A program made the translations under genes and the position numbers. Below are positions 14,674 through 23,266 of a stretch of 48,041 nucleotides of DNA, piece by piece. The notes under the pieces were generated by a model that had not been told where the DNA came from, searched no databases, and saw only the letters and a program-made list of their open reading frames with translations. Numbering within the stretch: position 1 is the stretch's first letter; each line of letters begins with the position of its first letter. Source of the stretch: a virus; IMG/VR virus record IMGVR_UViG_3300037483_000592. One strand, given 5' to 3'.

Positions 14674-15923
14674 CAGCCAGGGATCTTCTCAAGGGCCATG
14701 TGAGCCGAGCCGACCCCTCCGGAAACCGCCGCGATGGCCCGGATCTTCAGGTCCGTCCGCTCGGCGAAGGTGAACTCGTACTCCGGCCGGTGGTCCCGGT
14801 CCGAGCCGGCCGCCAGGGTGAAGAGCATCTGGTAGACCCAGATCCCGCCGTTGGTGCGGGTCAGCAGGTAGTAGGTGACGATCTGCGTCCGGGCCGTCAG
14901 GTACAGCTGCTTGAGCTTGTAGCTGCCGGCGCCCACGGGAATGGTGTAGAACCCGCTCATGGTGCGGTTCATGCCGATGGCGATCCATCCGACCAGCTTG
15001 GTCAGATCGGAGGGCACGCCGGCGGTCTGGGTGACCACGGAATCGGCGATGTAGATGATGCCGGCATTCTTCCCGCCGGACCCCACCGTGAGGACCTCCG
15101 CGCCCAGAAGCCGCAGGTAGGCCTTGGTGCTCACCACGGCCGTCTGGCCGTTGAGCGTGACGTCCTCGGTCTGCAGCTTCCCGTCGGCGTCCAGGCCGAT
15201 CAGGCGCTGGGTACGGGCCCCGGTCCCGGCCGCTGCGTCCGCCGCGCTGCCGGAAGAAACATCCAGGGTGACGGCAGAGGCGAAGGGCGCCCAGTCCTGC
15301 GAGGCGTCCCAGAGATCTTCCTCCGCGTTGGCGATGGCCCCGTTGAAGCCGAGGACCAGGACCTTCCGACCGACCAGCTGATTGAGTAGGTTCATTGGTT
15401 TTCCTCCAATCTCGAATCCAGGCTCGACATATGGCTGAAACGTTGGGATCCCGAAAGCTTCCTCGGAAGCGATCCCGACAAAGTCCACGTTGAGAGAAAT
15501 GGCTGCATTCCCGAATGCCTCTGCCGACAGTATACCCTGAAGGGCCAGGGTCAGTTCAAGAATCGGATTTCCGAATGCCTCTTCGCTCGGGATCCCGACA
15601 AACCCCAGGCTCAGGGCAAAAGATGGAGTCCCGAAGGCCTCCGCGCTGGCTACGCCTCCCAGGTCGCTGATGTCGATCGGGGGAAGCGCTGGGGCGATCG
15701 TCGGGGTGCCGAACGCCTCTTCGCTGGGGATCCCCGCGTGCTGCACGTCCAGGCTGACAGAAGGAGTGCCGAAGGCCTCCGCGCTGGCGATCCCGCTGGG
15801 GCTGACGTCCAGGGAAATCGCCGGGGACCCGAAAGCCTCCCCGCTGGCAATCGCGCCCAGGTTGCTGATGTCATAGGCTGCGGCGCCTGCGGTGGGTTGC
15901 CCAAAGAAGATCCGGCGCCCCAA
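14673..15923 (-). CDS. Fibre/appendage-like virion protein with N-terminal EAFG repeats and C-terminal beta-rich domain
   Basis: The protein is 416 aa. It has seven S-x-EAFG-x-P repeats within aa 12-170. Confidence 0.6.
   Translation of the reverse strand: MGRRIFFGQPTAGAAAYDISNLGAIASGEAFGSPAISLDVSPSGIASAEAFGTPSVSLDVQHAGIPSEEAFGTPTIAPALPPIDISDLGGVASAEAFGTPSFALSLGFVGIPSEEAFGNPILELTLALQGILSAEAFGNAAISLNVDFVGIASEEAFGIPTFQPYVEPGFEIGGKPMNLLNQLVGRKVLVLGFNGAIANAEEDLWDASQDWAPFASAVTLDVSSGSAADAAAGTGARTQRLIGLDADGKLQTEDVTLNGQTAVVSTKAYLRLLGAEVLTVGSGGKNAGIIYIADSVVTQTAGVPSDLTKLVGWIAIGMNRTMSGFYTIPVGAGSYKLKQLYLTARTQIVTYYLLTRTNGGIWVYQMLFTLAAGSDRDHRPEYEFTFAERTDLKIRAIAAVSGGVGSAHMALEKIPG
15413..15890 (-). repeat. 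Seven degenerate tandem coding repeats (unit ~19-27 aa, core SxEAFGxP)
   Basis: I counted seven EAFG occurrences in the translated N-terminus. Confidence 0.85.
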
Positions 15924-15933
15924 GGGCCACCCC

Positions 15934-16248
15934 TTATTGCGTGGTCGGGATGCTCAGGAAGAAGTCGCACCACTCCTTCGGGGCGGTCTGGTCGATGCCG
16001 ACGATGGTGATCACGTCGCCGTTCATCTGCGCTGCGGTCATGTTGAGGAGCACGGCCGTTCCGGCAGCAGGGCTCACCGTGGGCAAGTTGGTCAGGTTGT
16101 TGAAGCCTGCGCCATCGATGTCGACCTTGAAGTCGCCAGCGGCCAGCGTCGGGGCCGCCTTGAGCGAGCCGGGGTTGTTGCAGTCCTCCAGCCCGATACG
16201 GATCTGAAAGTCCTCGTTCTTTTTCGGAGGATTATAAGGAGCCGCCAC
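15934..16248 (-). CDS. Hypothetical virion-module protein
   Basis: This is a 104-aa ORF with protein-like composition, tightly packed in the structural array. Confidence 0.65.
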   Translation of the reverse strand: MAAPYNPPKKNEDFQIRIGLEDCNNPGSLKAAPTLAAGDFKVDIDGAGFNNLTNLPTVSPAAGTAVLLNMTAAQMNGDVITIVGIDQTAPKEWCDFFLSIPTTQ

Positions 16249-16249
16249 T

Positions 16250-16918
16250 TCACACCCCCTGCAGGACGGTCGGTCGCCTGCGCGTGAACTTCGTCACCAG
16301 GTCATTGCTGAAAACCAGCATCGGCGTGCAGGCCGTGGTGTCGGCGCTCTGAGGGAAGTTTTGCGCCCCGGTGGCCATCGGGTCCCCCACGGCGAAAGAG
16401 TGGTTGTGGTTGTCCGTCGCGCTGTTGGTCGGTAGGCCGTCCGCCCCGAACTCCAGCACCAGGCGCCAGGGCACGCTCAGAGTGACCAGAGAACCCGCCC
16501 GCGTCTCGCAGTAGCCGGTAATCGCCGTAGCCATTTCTCCGATTGCCGACTTGAACCATGCAACGATGTTTCCCAGGTTGGAGCTTCCATCTGCTGGAGT
16601 TGCATACAGCTTCCACGCCACAAACAGGTTGTTCGTGGCCACCGCTTCCAAGCACCGGATTCCGAAGGTAATCTGCTGGGCTACCACCGCCTGCGGAGGC
16701 AGGATGTCGGACACGTACTGGGAGTGCATCGAAGCCACGTCCACCAGGTGGTCCGCGCCATCGGGCGCGTAGGCTACCGTCGACAGCGAGCTGTTGATCC
16801 GGTCCAGGACCATCTTGAGCCGCTGGCTGCCGTTGACGTGTCCATTCCAGTCTGTCGCGCTGGGCGTAGGGGAAACAGCGGAGGCTCCGGTCGAGGGAAG
16901 CCAGAAAACGGTGCCCAT
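16250..16918 (-). CDS. Hypothetical virion-module protein (beta-rich)
   Basis: This is a 222-aa ORF, tightly packed in the structural array. Confidence 0.65.
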   Translation of the reverse strand: MGTVFWLPSTGASAVSPTPSATDWNGHVNGSQRLKMVLDRINSSLSTVAYAPDGADHLVDVASMHSQYVSDILPPQAVVAQQITFGIRCLEAVATNNLFVAWKLYATPADGSSNLGNIVAWFKSAIGEMATAITGYCETRAGSLVTLSVPWRLVLEFGADGLPTNSATDNHNHSFAVGDPMATGAQNFPQSADTTACTPMLVFSNDLVTKFTRRRPTVLQGV

Positions 16919-16926
16919 CCAGCCCC

Positions 16927-17337
16927 CTACAGCTTGAAGATCTTATTCGCCCCGTTGTCCCACAGCAGGTTGATCGTCTGCCCGGCTCCCGGGGTGAATG
17001 GCAGGCCGGTGGCGGTGTCCAGGTAGCAGATCAGCCGCGCGGAGCCGTCGGCGGCGTTGTACTTGTACAGGACCACGGCAATCGACAGCGTCGCCGCGGT
17101 GGCCACCAGGCTGGAATCTGCCGCGTCTGCGATGCCGTCGGTGACGGCCTTGCCGCTCAACGCCGCGCTGCGGCCGTTGTCGTAGGAGGCCGGCGTCAGA
17201 TCGCTAACGAACCTGTGGGCCGCGGACCAGGTGTAACCGGTTTTCAGCAGAATCGCCCGGATGTCGTCGGTGTCCCAGTCAATCGACCCATCCAGGAATC
17301 CTTCCCGCCCGGGATTGTAAAGCGCATTTCCTGCCAT
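16927..17337 (-). CDS. Hypothetical virion-module protein
   Basis: This is a 136-aa ORF with protein-like composition. Confidence 0.65.
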   Translation of the reverse strand: MAGNALYNPGREGFLDGSIDWDTDDIRAILLKTGYTWSAAHRFVSDLTPASYDNGRSAALSGKAVTDGIADAADSSLVATAATLSIAVVLYKYNAADGSARLICYLDTATGLPFTPGAGQTINLLWDNGANKIFKL

Positions 17338-17346
17338 GCTGGCCTC

Positions 17347-17664
17347 CTACTGTTCCGAACCGTCGATGCCGCCCAGTCCGCTGATGTTCAGCGGGGGCAG
17401 CTCGCTGGACGGCTTCGGCTTGCTCCGACCGAACCATCGCCAGATCCCCCGCGGCGCCAGGGGCTTGGCGCGCTGCGCCTGTTCCATGATGGCCGCGACC
17501 TTGCGCAGGTAGACGAGGGCCTCGGACCCCTGGCTCTGGCGGGCCTGCTTCAGGTACTCCACCGCCCGCCGCTTGTCCTCGCCGTCCAGGCCCGAGAGAT
17601 CCGCCCGGTAGACCTCCACGGTGAACCGGATCAACGTCAGCTTGCCCGCACTTGAGATCTTCAT
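17347..17664 (-). CDS. Hypothetical protein; C-terminus shares the PP-x-x-IS-x-LGG motif with the 416-aa fibre-like protein
   Basis: The protein is 105 aa. It has an ATGA overlap with the upstream gene. Its C-terminus ...LPPLNISGLGGIDGSEQ resembles LPPIDISDLGGVAS in 14673..15923. Confidence 0.6.
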   Translation of the reverse strand: MKISSAGKLTLIRFTVEVYRADLSGLDGEDKRRAVEYLKQARQSQGSEALVYLRKVAAIMEQAQRAKPLAPRGIWRWFGRSKPKPSSELPPLNISGLGGIDGSEQ

Positions 17665-17837
17665 TCTCCGTCCCCCTCAAAGAGCTTGTTCCGCTCTTCC
17701 AGCTCCTTGTACTTGGTCGAGAGCGCGCGGTGCGACTGGATCACCTTGCGTAGGTCCTCGCAGGCATTCACCCAGCCGTAGCTGACGTACTCCGGGATCT
17801 TCACCTTCTCGATGAAGTCCAGGTCCTCGGGCGTCAT
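17661..17837 (-). CDS. Small hypothetical protein (58 aa)
   Basis: Only the last 58 aa of track ORF 17661..18752 look protein-like (MTPEDLDFIEKVKIPEY...). ATG 17837 forms an ATGA overlap with the scaffold stop. Confidence 0.55.
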   Translation of the reverse strand: MTPEDLDFIEKVKIPEYVSYGWVNACEDLRKVIQSHRALSTKYKELEERNKLFEGDGE

Positions 17838-18796
17838 TTCTTCGCCACCTCTGCGGCCTGCTTGGGAAATCGCTTGGCCAGCCGATCCAGGGCGGCCTGG
17901 ACAACCGCAGGCGCACCACCGGCCGGCGTGCCGCCGAGCTCCGGGCTCATCGGATAGCGCGACTTTAGCGCCGCGGCCTTCTTCTCCTGCGGAGTGGGCT
18001 GAGCGGGGCCAGCCTTTCCGGGCACCAGGTGGCCCTCCCCGATCGCGTTGCCCATGGTGTAGAACGCCTCGATGATCTCCGGATCGTTCTCCAGGCCGCG
18101 CTTGGCCAGCTTGGCCACCAGCTTGTCCTTGCCGAAGGTGAGGATCGCCCGGTTGGCGATGTCCTCGCGGGCGGCGTAATCGCCCTTCCACGACTCCTTC
18201 AGCGCCTTCAGGCCGGCCTCCCGCTCGCTGGCGTACTGATCGGCCGACGCCTTCTGCTGGGCGAAGATGCTCTCCCGGATGAAGCCGCTCATCAGCTTGG
18301 CCGCGTCCTTGCCCAGGCCGCCCTTGAGCGCCAGGGCCCGCAGCGCGTCGTCCTGCGCCTTCATGTAGGCCGCCAGGTTGTCCCGCAGATCCTTGTGCTC
18401 GTCGCCGGCCAGGTGATCGGGGAACTTGAGCTCCTCGAACTCGTACTCCTCCGGCTTGGTGGGGGCCGGGGCCAGCTTGGCCTGCAGCTCGGTGGACCGA
18501 GCCTCCGCGGCGTACATGCGGTCCAGCACGCCATCCCAGCTCTTCAGCGGTTTCTCGCCGCCGAGGATGTCCTTGAGAAACTTCGGATCGCGCTTGTACT
18601 TGTCGCTGGCCTGCGCGAAAAAGGTGCCGTCCGCCTTCAGCTCCGGATCTGGCGGAGGGGGCGGCGGCGGGCCGGCGGGAGGTGTAGGTGCTGGCCCAGC
18701 AGGCGGCGCTGCCGGCGGGGCTACGGGGGGCACGGGAGGATCTCCGAACCACTGCAGGTGCAGGTCGAAGGGTCCCATCAGGTTCTGTCGTTCCAT
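17834..18796 (-). CDS. Scaffolding protein candidate with a Pro-rich N-terminal tract
   Basis: The protein is 320 aa, highly helical and charged with a K/E/A-rich composition. It lies downstream of the portal. Confidence 0.6.
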   Translation of the reverse strand: MERQNLMGPFDLHLQWFGDPPVPPVAPPAAPPAGPAPTPPAGPPPPPPPDPELKADGTFFAQASDKYKRDPKFLKDILGGEKPLKSWDGVLDRMYAAEARSTELQAKLAPAPTKPEEYEFEELKFPDHLAGDEHKDLRDNLAAYMKAQDDALRALALKGGLGKDAAKLMSGFIRESIFAQQKASADQYASEREAGLKALKESWKGDYAAREDIANRAILTFGKDKLVAKLAKRGLENDPEIIEAFYTMGNAIGEGHLVPGKAGPAQPTPQEKKAAALKSRYPMSPELGGTPAGGAPAVVQAALDRLAKRFPKQAAEVAKK

Positions 18797-18831
18797 TCAG
18801 GTCTCCTTTGCTGTCGGCCGGAGAATCAGGC

Positions 18832-19047
18832 TCAAGCCGTGATCTTGTGGCGCTGGATCGCCCACGTCGAAAGGATGTACAGGAAGCGCCGATCCTCGCT
18901 CTTGGTGGTGCTCTTGGCCGCCAGCTTGGCCTGGTAGGTGCCCAGGAAGGTCCGGTGAGTCTTGGGGATAATGGTTTCTAGTTCCAGTTTGTCGATGACG
19001 CCATCGACAGCCCCAAAAGCCACGGCTACCGCGTTCGTGTAGGTCAT
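18832..19047 (-). CDS. Hypothetical protein
   Basis: This is a 71-aa ORF that overlaps the upstream gene by 4 nt. Confidence 0.55.
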   Translation of the reverse strand: MTYTNAVAVAFGAVDGVIDKLELETIIPKTHRTFLGTYQAKLAAKSTTKSEDRRFLYILSTWAIQRHKITA

Positions 19048-19328
19048 TGCGTTTTCTCCCTCAGCGGCGCGGCGCCTGGCGCTTCCACCAGCCTCCGCGT
19101 CAGCTCGAACAGATTGGATTCTCGGACGAGACCCGTCCGCTTCAACACCCGTCTCGCAAGGTTCTGCCTCGTCACCAGCTGGGGATCCGGATCGATCTCA
19201 TCCCAGAGGTGGCACTCATCATGCACCAGGTGGGCCAGGACCAGCGGCCCGATCGCCGTCTGCGTGAAAAGGACCTTGTACAGCTCATCGATCTCTTCTT
19301 CGGGGAGCTGCCGGCCCAGGTACTCCAT
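19044..19328 (-). CDS. Hypothetical protein
   Basis: This is a 94-aa ORF that starts at the portal stop. Confidence 0.6.
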   Translation of the reverse strand: MEYLGRQLPEEEIDELYKVLFTQTAIGPLVLAHLVHDECHLWDEIDPDPQLVTRQNLARRVLKRTGLVRESNLFELTRRLVEAPGAAPLREKTQ

Positions 19329-21037
19329 CAGGCGGCCCCGCTCATCATGGCTTCCATCGGGCTGCCCTTCTGCGGCCGCGTGCTCATCTTCGCGCCGGCC
19401 TCAGCTCCCGCCTTGGCCAACTCGGCCTGCTGCATGGCCTGCTGCAGCTTGGCCCGCTGCTCCCGGATCTTGGCCACTTCCTCGTCGGTGCGCACATCCT
19501 TCTCCGGGACCCCGTGCGCGTTGGCCAGGTCCTCCACGATCTCGTCCCAGTTGGGCCGGTCGAGCACGGCGTCTTGTGAGGGCACGGCGGCGACATCCTC
19601 CATGAACCCCCGGATGCCCTGGCGCTTGAACGCTCGCTGCTGGGCTACGGCCAGGGGCCCGATGAACTGAACTTTCATCCCGTACTTGGCCCTCCGCGGA
19701 TTGTCCGCGATCCAGTCCATGATCACCTGCGGGGGGGCCGGCAGCCGGCCCGCGCGGCCCGAGATAGATGCAGTCCGGCCGATGATCCGCTCCGGGCCCT
19801 CGGAGAGATACTGATTGACCAACGGTGCCAGCACCACAGCACGTTCGCCGATGGCTTCCTCGATTTCGGTAGCTGTCTGCTGCTTGCGCTCCATGAGGAT
19901 CCGCAGGAAGATGTCGTAGAAGTAATGCCGCTTCACGTGCTCTTCGAGGGTCTCCAAGACCTGGAAGCCCGCCGGCAGCTGAATGCCTCCCTGGTGGATC
20001 GGGTAGATGCTTCCGGCCGGGAATTGCTTCTCGTAGAAGTTCCATGCGCCCGGGTTCTTGGAGATCTGTCCGCGACGCTCGATTGGCGCGTCCATGGCCG
20101 GGTCGACCAGGCGCTGGGCACCCAGGATGTTGGCCATCGCCATGCCGCTGGCCATCTTCACATCGCGGATCGCGTTGCTGCCAGGCGAGCGGCCGTACTC
20201 CTCGCCACCATCCTGGATGCAGCGGGCGGTAATCACGGGCATTTCATCGTAGCCTTCCTCGCGCAGCATCCGGCTCATTTCGATGTCGACGTAGAAGGAC
20301 GCAATCGGCTTGTGCAGGTAGTGCAACAGGCCCTCGATCCGCTCTTCCCGCGGGACCAGCGCCCACAAGCAGCGGACCTCATCCAGCGGCCGGAGCCTGG
20401 CCTGCTTGGCGCGCTTCTCTCCCACTGCCTCTTCTCCGAACCAGTTCACCAGGTTGCGCAGGGTGATGTAGTACTCCCGCAGCTCGATGTCGATCTCCCC
20501 CTGCTCGTTTTCCCCGATGAAGATCTCCACCGGATGAAAGACCTTGTAGTAGGGGTACTGCTTGCCAGGCTGGTCGCCAGGGTAGCAGCTCGCCGTGCCC
20601 ACGCTGCCCAGGTCCCGCAGGAAGATGCCCAGCGCCTTGTACAGCCCGCCGCCCTGGAACTCGTCGTACATCTGCTCTTCATAGTCCTGGAGGTACTGCT
20701 TGACCTCGCTGACTTCGTTGAGCTCCTTGGCGCGCATCTTGTATCGCTGCCACCGGGAGCCCGGAGAGGCGGTATTGCCCAGGATCCCATCCGCCCAGAC
20801 GTGCAGACAGTGAGTCCCGATATCGTCGTAGACGTTGGCGTGGGTGGTCATGCCCTTCTGGTCGACGCCACGCAGCAGGATCTCCCGATCGGGCAGGATG
20901 TACTCGGCGACTTCGCGCCAGCGCTCTTCATGGCGCTTGCGCCGGGCCCGGTGCATCTCGAGTAGCCGGAGCAGCTCCTTGACTACCTCGATCTGCTTGA
21001 GGCTGTTCTCTTTGGCGAGGACGGTTGAATCAGCCAT
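19328..21037 (-). CDS. Portal (head-tail connector) protein
   Basis: The protein is 569 aa and lies immediately downstream of, and overlapping, the TerL gene. Its size and position are typical of podovirus portals. Confidence 0.75.
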   Translation of the reverse strand: MADSTVLAKENSLKQIEVVKELLRLLEMHRARRKRHEERWREVAEYILPDREILLRGVDQKGMTTHANVYDDIGTHCLHVWADGILGNTASPGSRWQRYKMRAKELNEVSEVKQYLQDYEEQMYDEFQGGGLYKALGIFLRDLGSVGTASCYPGDQPGKQYPYYKVFHPVEIFIGENEQGEIDIELREYYITLRNLVNWFGEEAVGEKRAKQARLRPLDEVRCLWALVPREERIEGLLHYLHKPIASFYVDIEMSRMLREEGYDEMPVITARCIQDGGEEYGRSPGSNAIRDVKMASGMAMANILGAQRLVDPAMDAPIERRGQISKNPGAWNFYEKQFPAGSIYPIHQGGIQLPAGFQVLETLEEHVKRHYFYDIFLRILMERKQQTATEIEEAIGERAVVLAPLVNQYLSEGPERIIGRTASISGRAGRLPAPPQVIMDWIADNPRRAKYGMKVQFIGPLAVAQQRAFKRQGIRGFMEDVAAVPSQDAVLDRPNWDEIVEDLANAHGVPEKDVRTDEEVAKIREQRAKLQQAMQQAELAKAGAEAGAKMSTRPQKGSPMEAMMSGAA

Positions 21038-22527
21038 TACCTGCCACCTCCGGGGCCCCAGGTGAAAGGATCGTAGCCTGTACCTTCAAGGGGATTATAG
21101 TGGTCGCGGTAGGCATAATTCAATAGCGGATCCCGAGCATCCGGACGCACGTCCGCCTTGAACAGCCGCACCATCAGGTATTGCAGCCCATCATGGACGT
21201 GCGAGTACTTGTTCTTCAGCACGTTCGGCAGGAACTCTCCCTGCAGGCTCTTGTTTGGCGGGTAGCAGTAGCCACCCAGAAAGCCGTTGATCAGGCGGGT
21301 GCAGCTGGGGTCGATGAGCACGCCATCGATGCGGCCCAGCTGCTGGTCCACCGATTCTACTCGGGCCTGGAAGTTCTGCTCGGACGGCGCCACGTCCACG
21401 CCGCAGTCATGCATCAGCTCGGCGTTGCTGGTGAAGCCGCCTTCTTTCTTTGGATATTGCGCGTTGGCCGCCGGATCCCCCCAGTGGGTGACTTCTTTGG
21501 CCCCGGGGAATGCTAGGTTGAGCTGGTGCACAACATAGTGGGTGAAATCCACAATGCCCATTCGGTCGCTGTAGTACTCGCGCAGAATATGGATCTGCCG
21601 CGGGCCCGGGATCTGAGCAACCACACAGGCCGGGCAGTTGCCGCTATTGTCCCAGCCGACGAATAATTCCCCGCCGGTCCAGGGCAGCGGATCTTCTTCG
21701 GGATCATCGGGAGTCTTGGCGACATGGTATTGCCGGCGGAAGTTGTTGTAGACCAAGCGCCCGACGATAATCACCCCGGGCTTGCCATCGATGTACATGT
21801 CGATCCAGTCCGGGTTTCCGAAATAGAGTAACCGCATGTCCTCGTAGTAGCCGGGCGGCAGGTTCTTGACGTTCTCGCGTGGAGGCTGCCAGTAGCCTCG
21901 GTGGCCAGGCAGCGGGTCCTTGGACGGCAGCGGGCCCGGGGGCGGTTGCTGCCAGGCGAAATCCGTGTAAGTGCTGTCCTCTACATCCGGCGGGTTGGTC
22001 GTCTCAATTCCGTACTTCTCGGGGCACTTCTTGGGGTAGCGGCCGATGCGGTTTTCCAGCATCAACTTGATCTGCTTGGGGACCTCGATCGACTCGTCAA
22101 TCCAGTACCCGGTGATCTCTAGGGACTTCAGTTTCTTGATGTGCTCCGGCCGGTCGCAGGAGCGAAACAGGATCTCCGCTTCGTAGCCGTCGCCACGGAT
22201 GATAAGTTCGAACTTGCTTTCCGACCAGTCCTTGCCGCTGAAGGCCTCCGGGAACCACTCCTTGACGGTGCGCAGCGTGGTGTCGCGCAGCTCGACGTAG
22301 GTATTGCGCACCACCACCCAGCGGGTCTTCTTGATCCCGTATTCCGCCAGCAGGTGCGCCGGTAGGAAGACGCCGACCTCCAGGGCTGCCGCGGTGGTCT
22401 TGCCGGATCCCACGGGCCCCACGATGCAGCGGATGACAGTGCTGTCCTCGTGGAACAGCTTCAGGGTCGGCAGCGGCTCGTAGTTGATGCGGTCCTGAGT
22501 GATTGCCTCGGCCGTGACGTTGGACAT
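21037..22527 (-). CDS. terL: Terminase large subunit
   Basis: The protein is 496 aa with an N-terminal Walker A (GPVGSGKT). It is followed by the portal gene. Confidence 0.85.
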   Translation of the reverse strand: MSNVTAEAITQDRINYEPLPTLKLFHEDSTVIRCIVGPVGSGKTTAAALEVGVFLPAHLLAEYGIKKTRWVVVRNTYVELRDTTLRTVKEWFPEAFSGKDWSESKFELIIRGDGYEAEILFRSCDRPEHIKKLKSLEITGYWIDESIEVPKQIKLMLENRIGRYPKKCPEKYGIETTNPPDVEDSTYTDFAWQQPPPGPLPSKDPLPGHRGYWQPPRENVKNLPPGYYEDMRLLYFGNPDWIDMYIDGKPGVIIVGRLVYNNFRRQYHVAKTPDDPEEDPLPWTGGELFVGWDNSGNCPACVVAQIPGPRQIHILREYYSDRMGIVDFTHYVVHQLNLAFPGAKEVTHWGDPAANAQYPKKEGGFTSNAELMHDCGVDVAPSEQNFQARVESVDQQLGRIDGVLIDPSCTRLINGFLGGYCYPPNKSLQGEFLPNVLKNKYSHVHDGLQYLMVRLFKADVRPDARDPLLNYAYRDHYNPLEGTGYDPFTWGPGGGR

Positions 22528-22674
22528 CTACCGGCGCCGGCTGGACCTTCGACGCGCCTGAGACGCTTTTACTGCCCGGCCCTGCCTGGCGGCCTTGGCG
22601 CGCGAGCCCTTGCCTCGGTAGATCTTGCCCTTACTGCCCCAGCGGTGGCCGCCGGATACAGCCCTGACTGGCAT
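22528..22674 (-). CDS. Small, very basic protein (48 aa) abutting terL
   Basis: The ORF is not in the track because it is under 60 aa: MPVRAVSGGHRWGSKGKIYRGKGSRAKAARQGRAVKASQARRRSSRRR. Its TAG is immediately followed by the terL ATG. About three quarters of its codons end in G/C. No clear SD is present. Confidence 0.35.
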   Translation of the reverse strand: MPVRAVSGGHRWGSKGKIYRGKGSRAKAARQGRAVKASQARRRSSRRR

Positions 22675-22714
22675 GAGGACATTGTAACTGACAAGAGGGC
22701 AGGAGGTAAAGCTA

Positions 22715-23089
22715 TCAGAAGCGATCCCATTCCCTAGTCAGTAGGATAGCCCTGGTATCTCCATCCGGCCTGCTATCATGCAGCACGCCGAAACTACCCG
22801 TCACGGTTACTTCGAGCAGACCGAAGTCATCCGGAGCAATCTTCTCCGCACGAACTCCGATTTGCCACAGTACCAGATTGTCATAGAACCAGCCGCTATA
22901 GCTTCCCGACGGATTCGGAGTGATTCTTTCTTCGACCACGGCATCGTCGTTGTACATGCCGACGATCAGCTTGAACTCCCCGGGATAGCTTGCCTCGACA
23001 AAGATAGGGCCCTTGCCGTGTTCTCCTTTACAGCTGGAAAGGCTCAACATCCCCACGAAAAGAACCAGCAGAATCACCAGTTTCTTCAT
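22715..23089 (-). CDS. Lipoprotein (moron; superinfection-exclusion candidate)
   Basis: The protein is 124 aa from ATG 23089, with SD GGAAGGGAG. The signal peptide MKKLVILLVLFVGMLSLSSC carries the lipobox LSSC. The gene is visibly lower in GC than its surroundings. Confidence 0.7.
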   Translation of the reverse strand: MKKLVILLVLFVGMLSLSSCKGEHGKGPIFVEASYPGEFKLIVGMYNDDAVVEERITPNPSGSYSGWFYDNLVLWQIGVRAEKIAPDDFGLLEVTVTGSFGVLHDSRPDGDTRAILLTREWDRF

Positions 23090-23211
23090 ACGCTCCCTTC
23101 CTGCTTCTTCTTGAGGATCCTCGCGCGGTGCCAGCGGTTGAACCGGACGACCAGCCAGAAGCCGCCCAGCTCCACCACGATGATGATGAGGATCCACATC
23201 AGGGCCTTCAT
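23086..23211 (-). CDS. Small single-pass membrane peptide (41 aa), translationally coupled to the lipoprotein
   Basis: The ORF is not in the track: MKALMWILIIIVVELGGFWLVVRFNRWHRARILKKKQEGSV. It forms an ATGA overlap with the lipoprotein start. Confidence 0.5.
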   Translation of the reverse strand: MKALMWILIIIVVELGGFWLVVRFNRWHRARILKKKQEGSV

Positions 23212-23266
23212 ACCCGCACCGCACCCCCTTACTCCAAGCATAGTCCATTCCAGCCAGACGTCAAGC

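Noticed and set aside
17838-18752. The upstream 305 aa of track ORF 17661..18752 (RG/PG-rich)
   Set aside because: This part is off-frame over the scaffold gene. Only the last 58 aa (17661..17837) look coding and have a coupled ATG.
18029-20965. Plus-strand ORFs 18029..18937, 19047..19670 and 19925..20965
   Set aside because: They are antisense shadows of the scaffold and portal genes.
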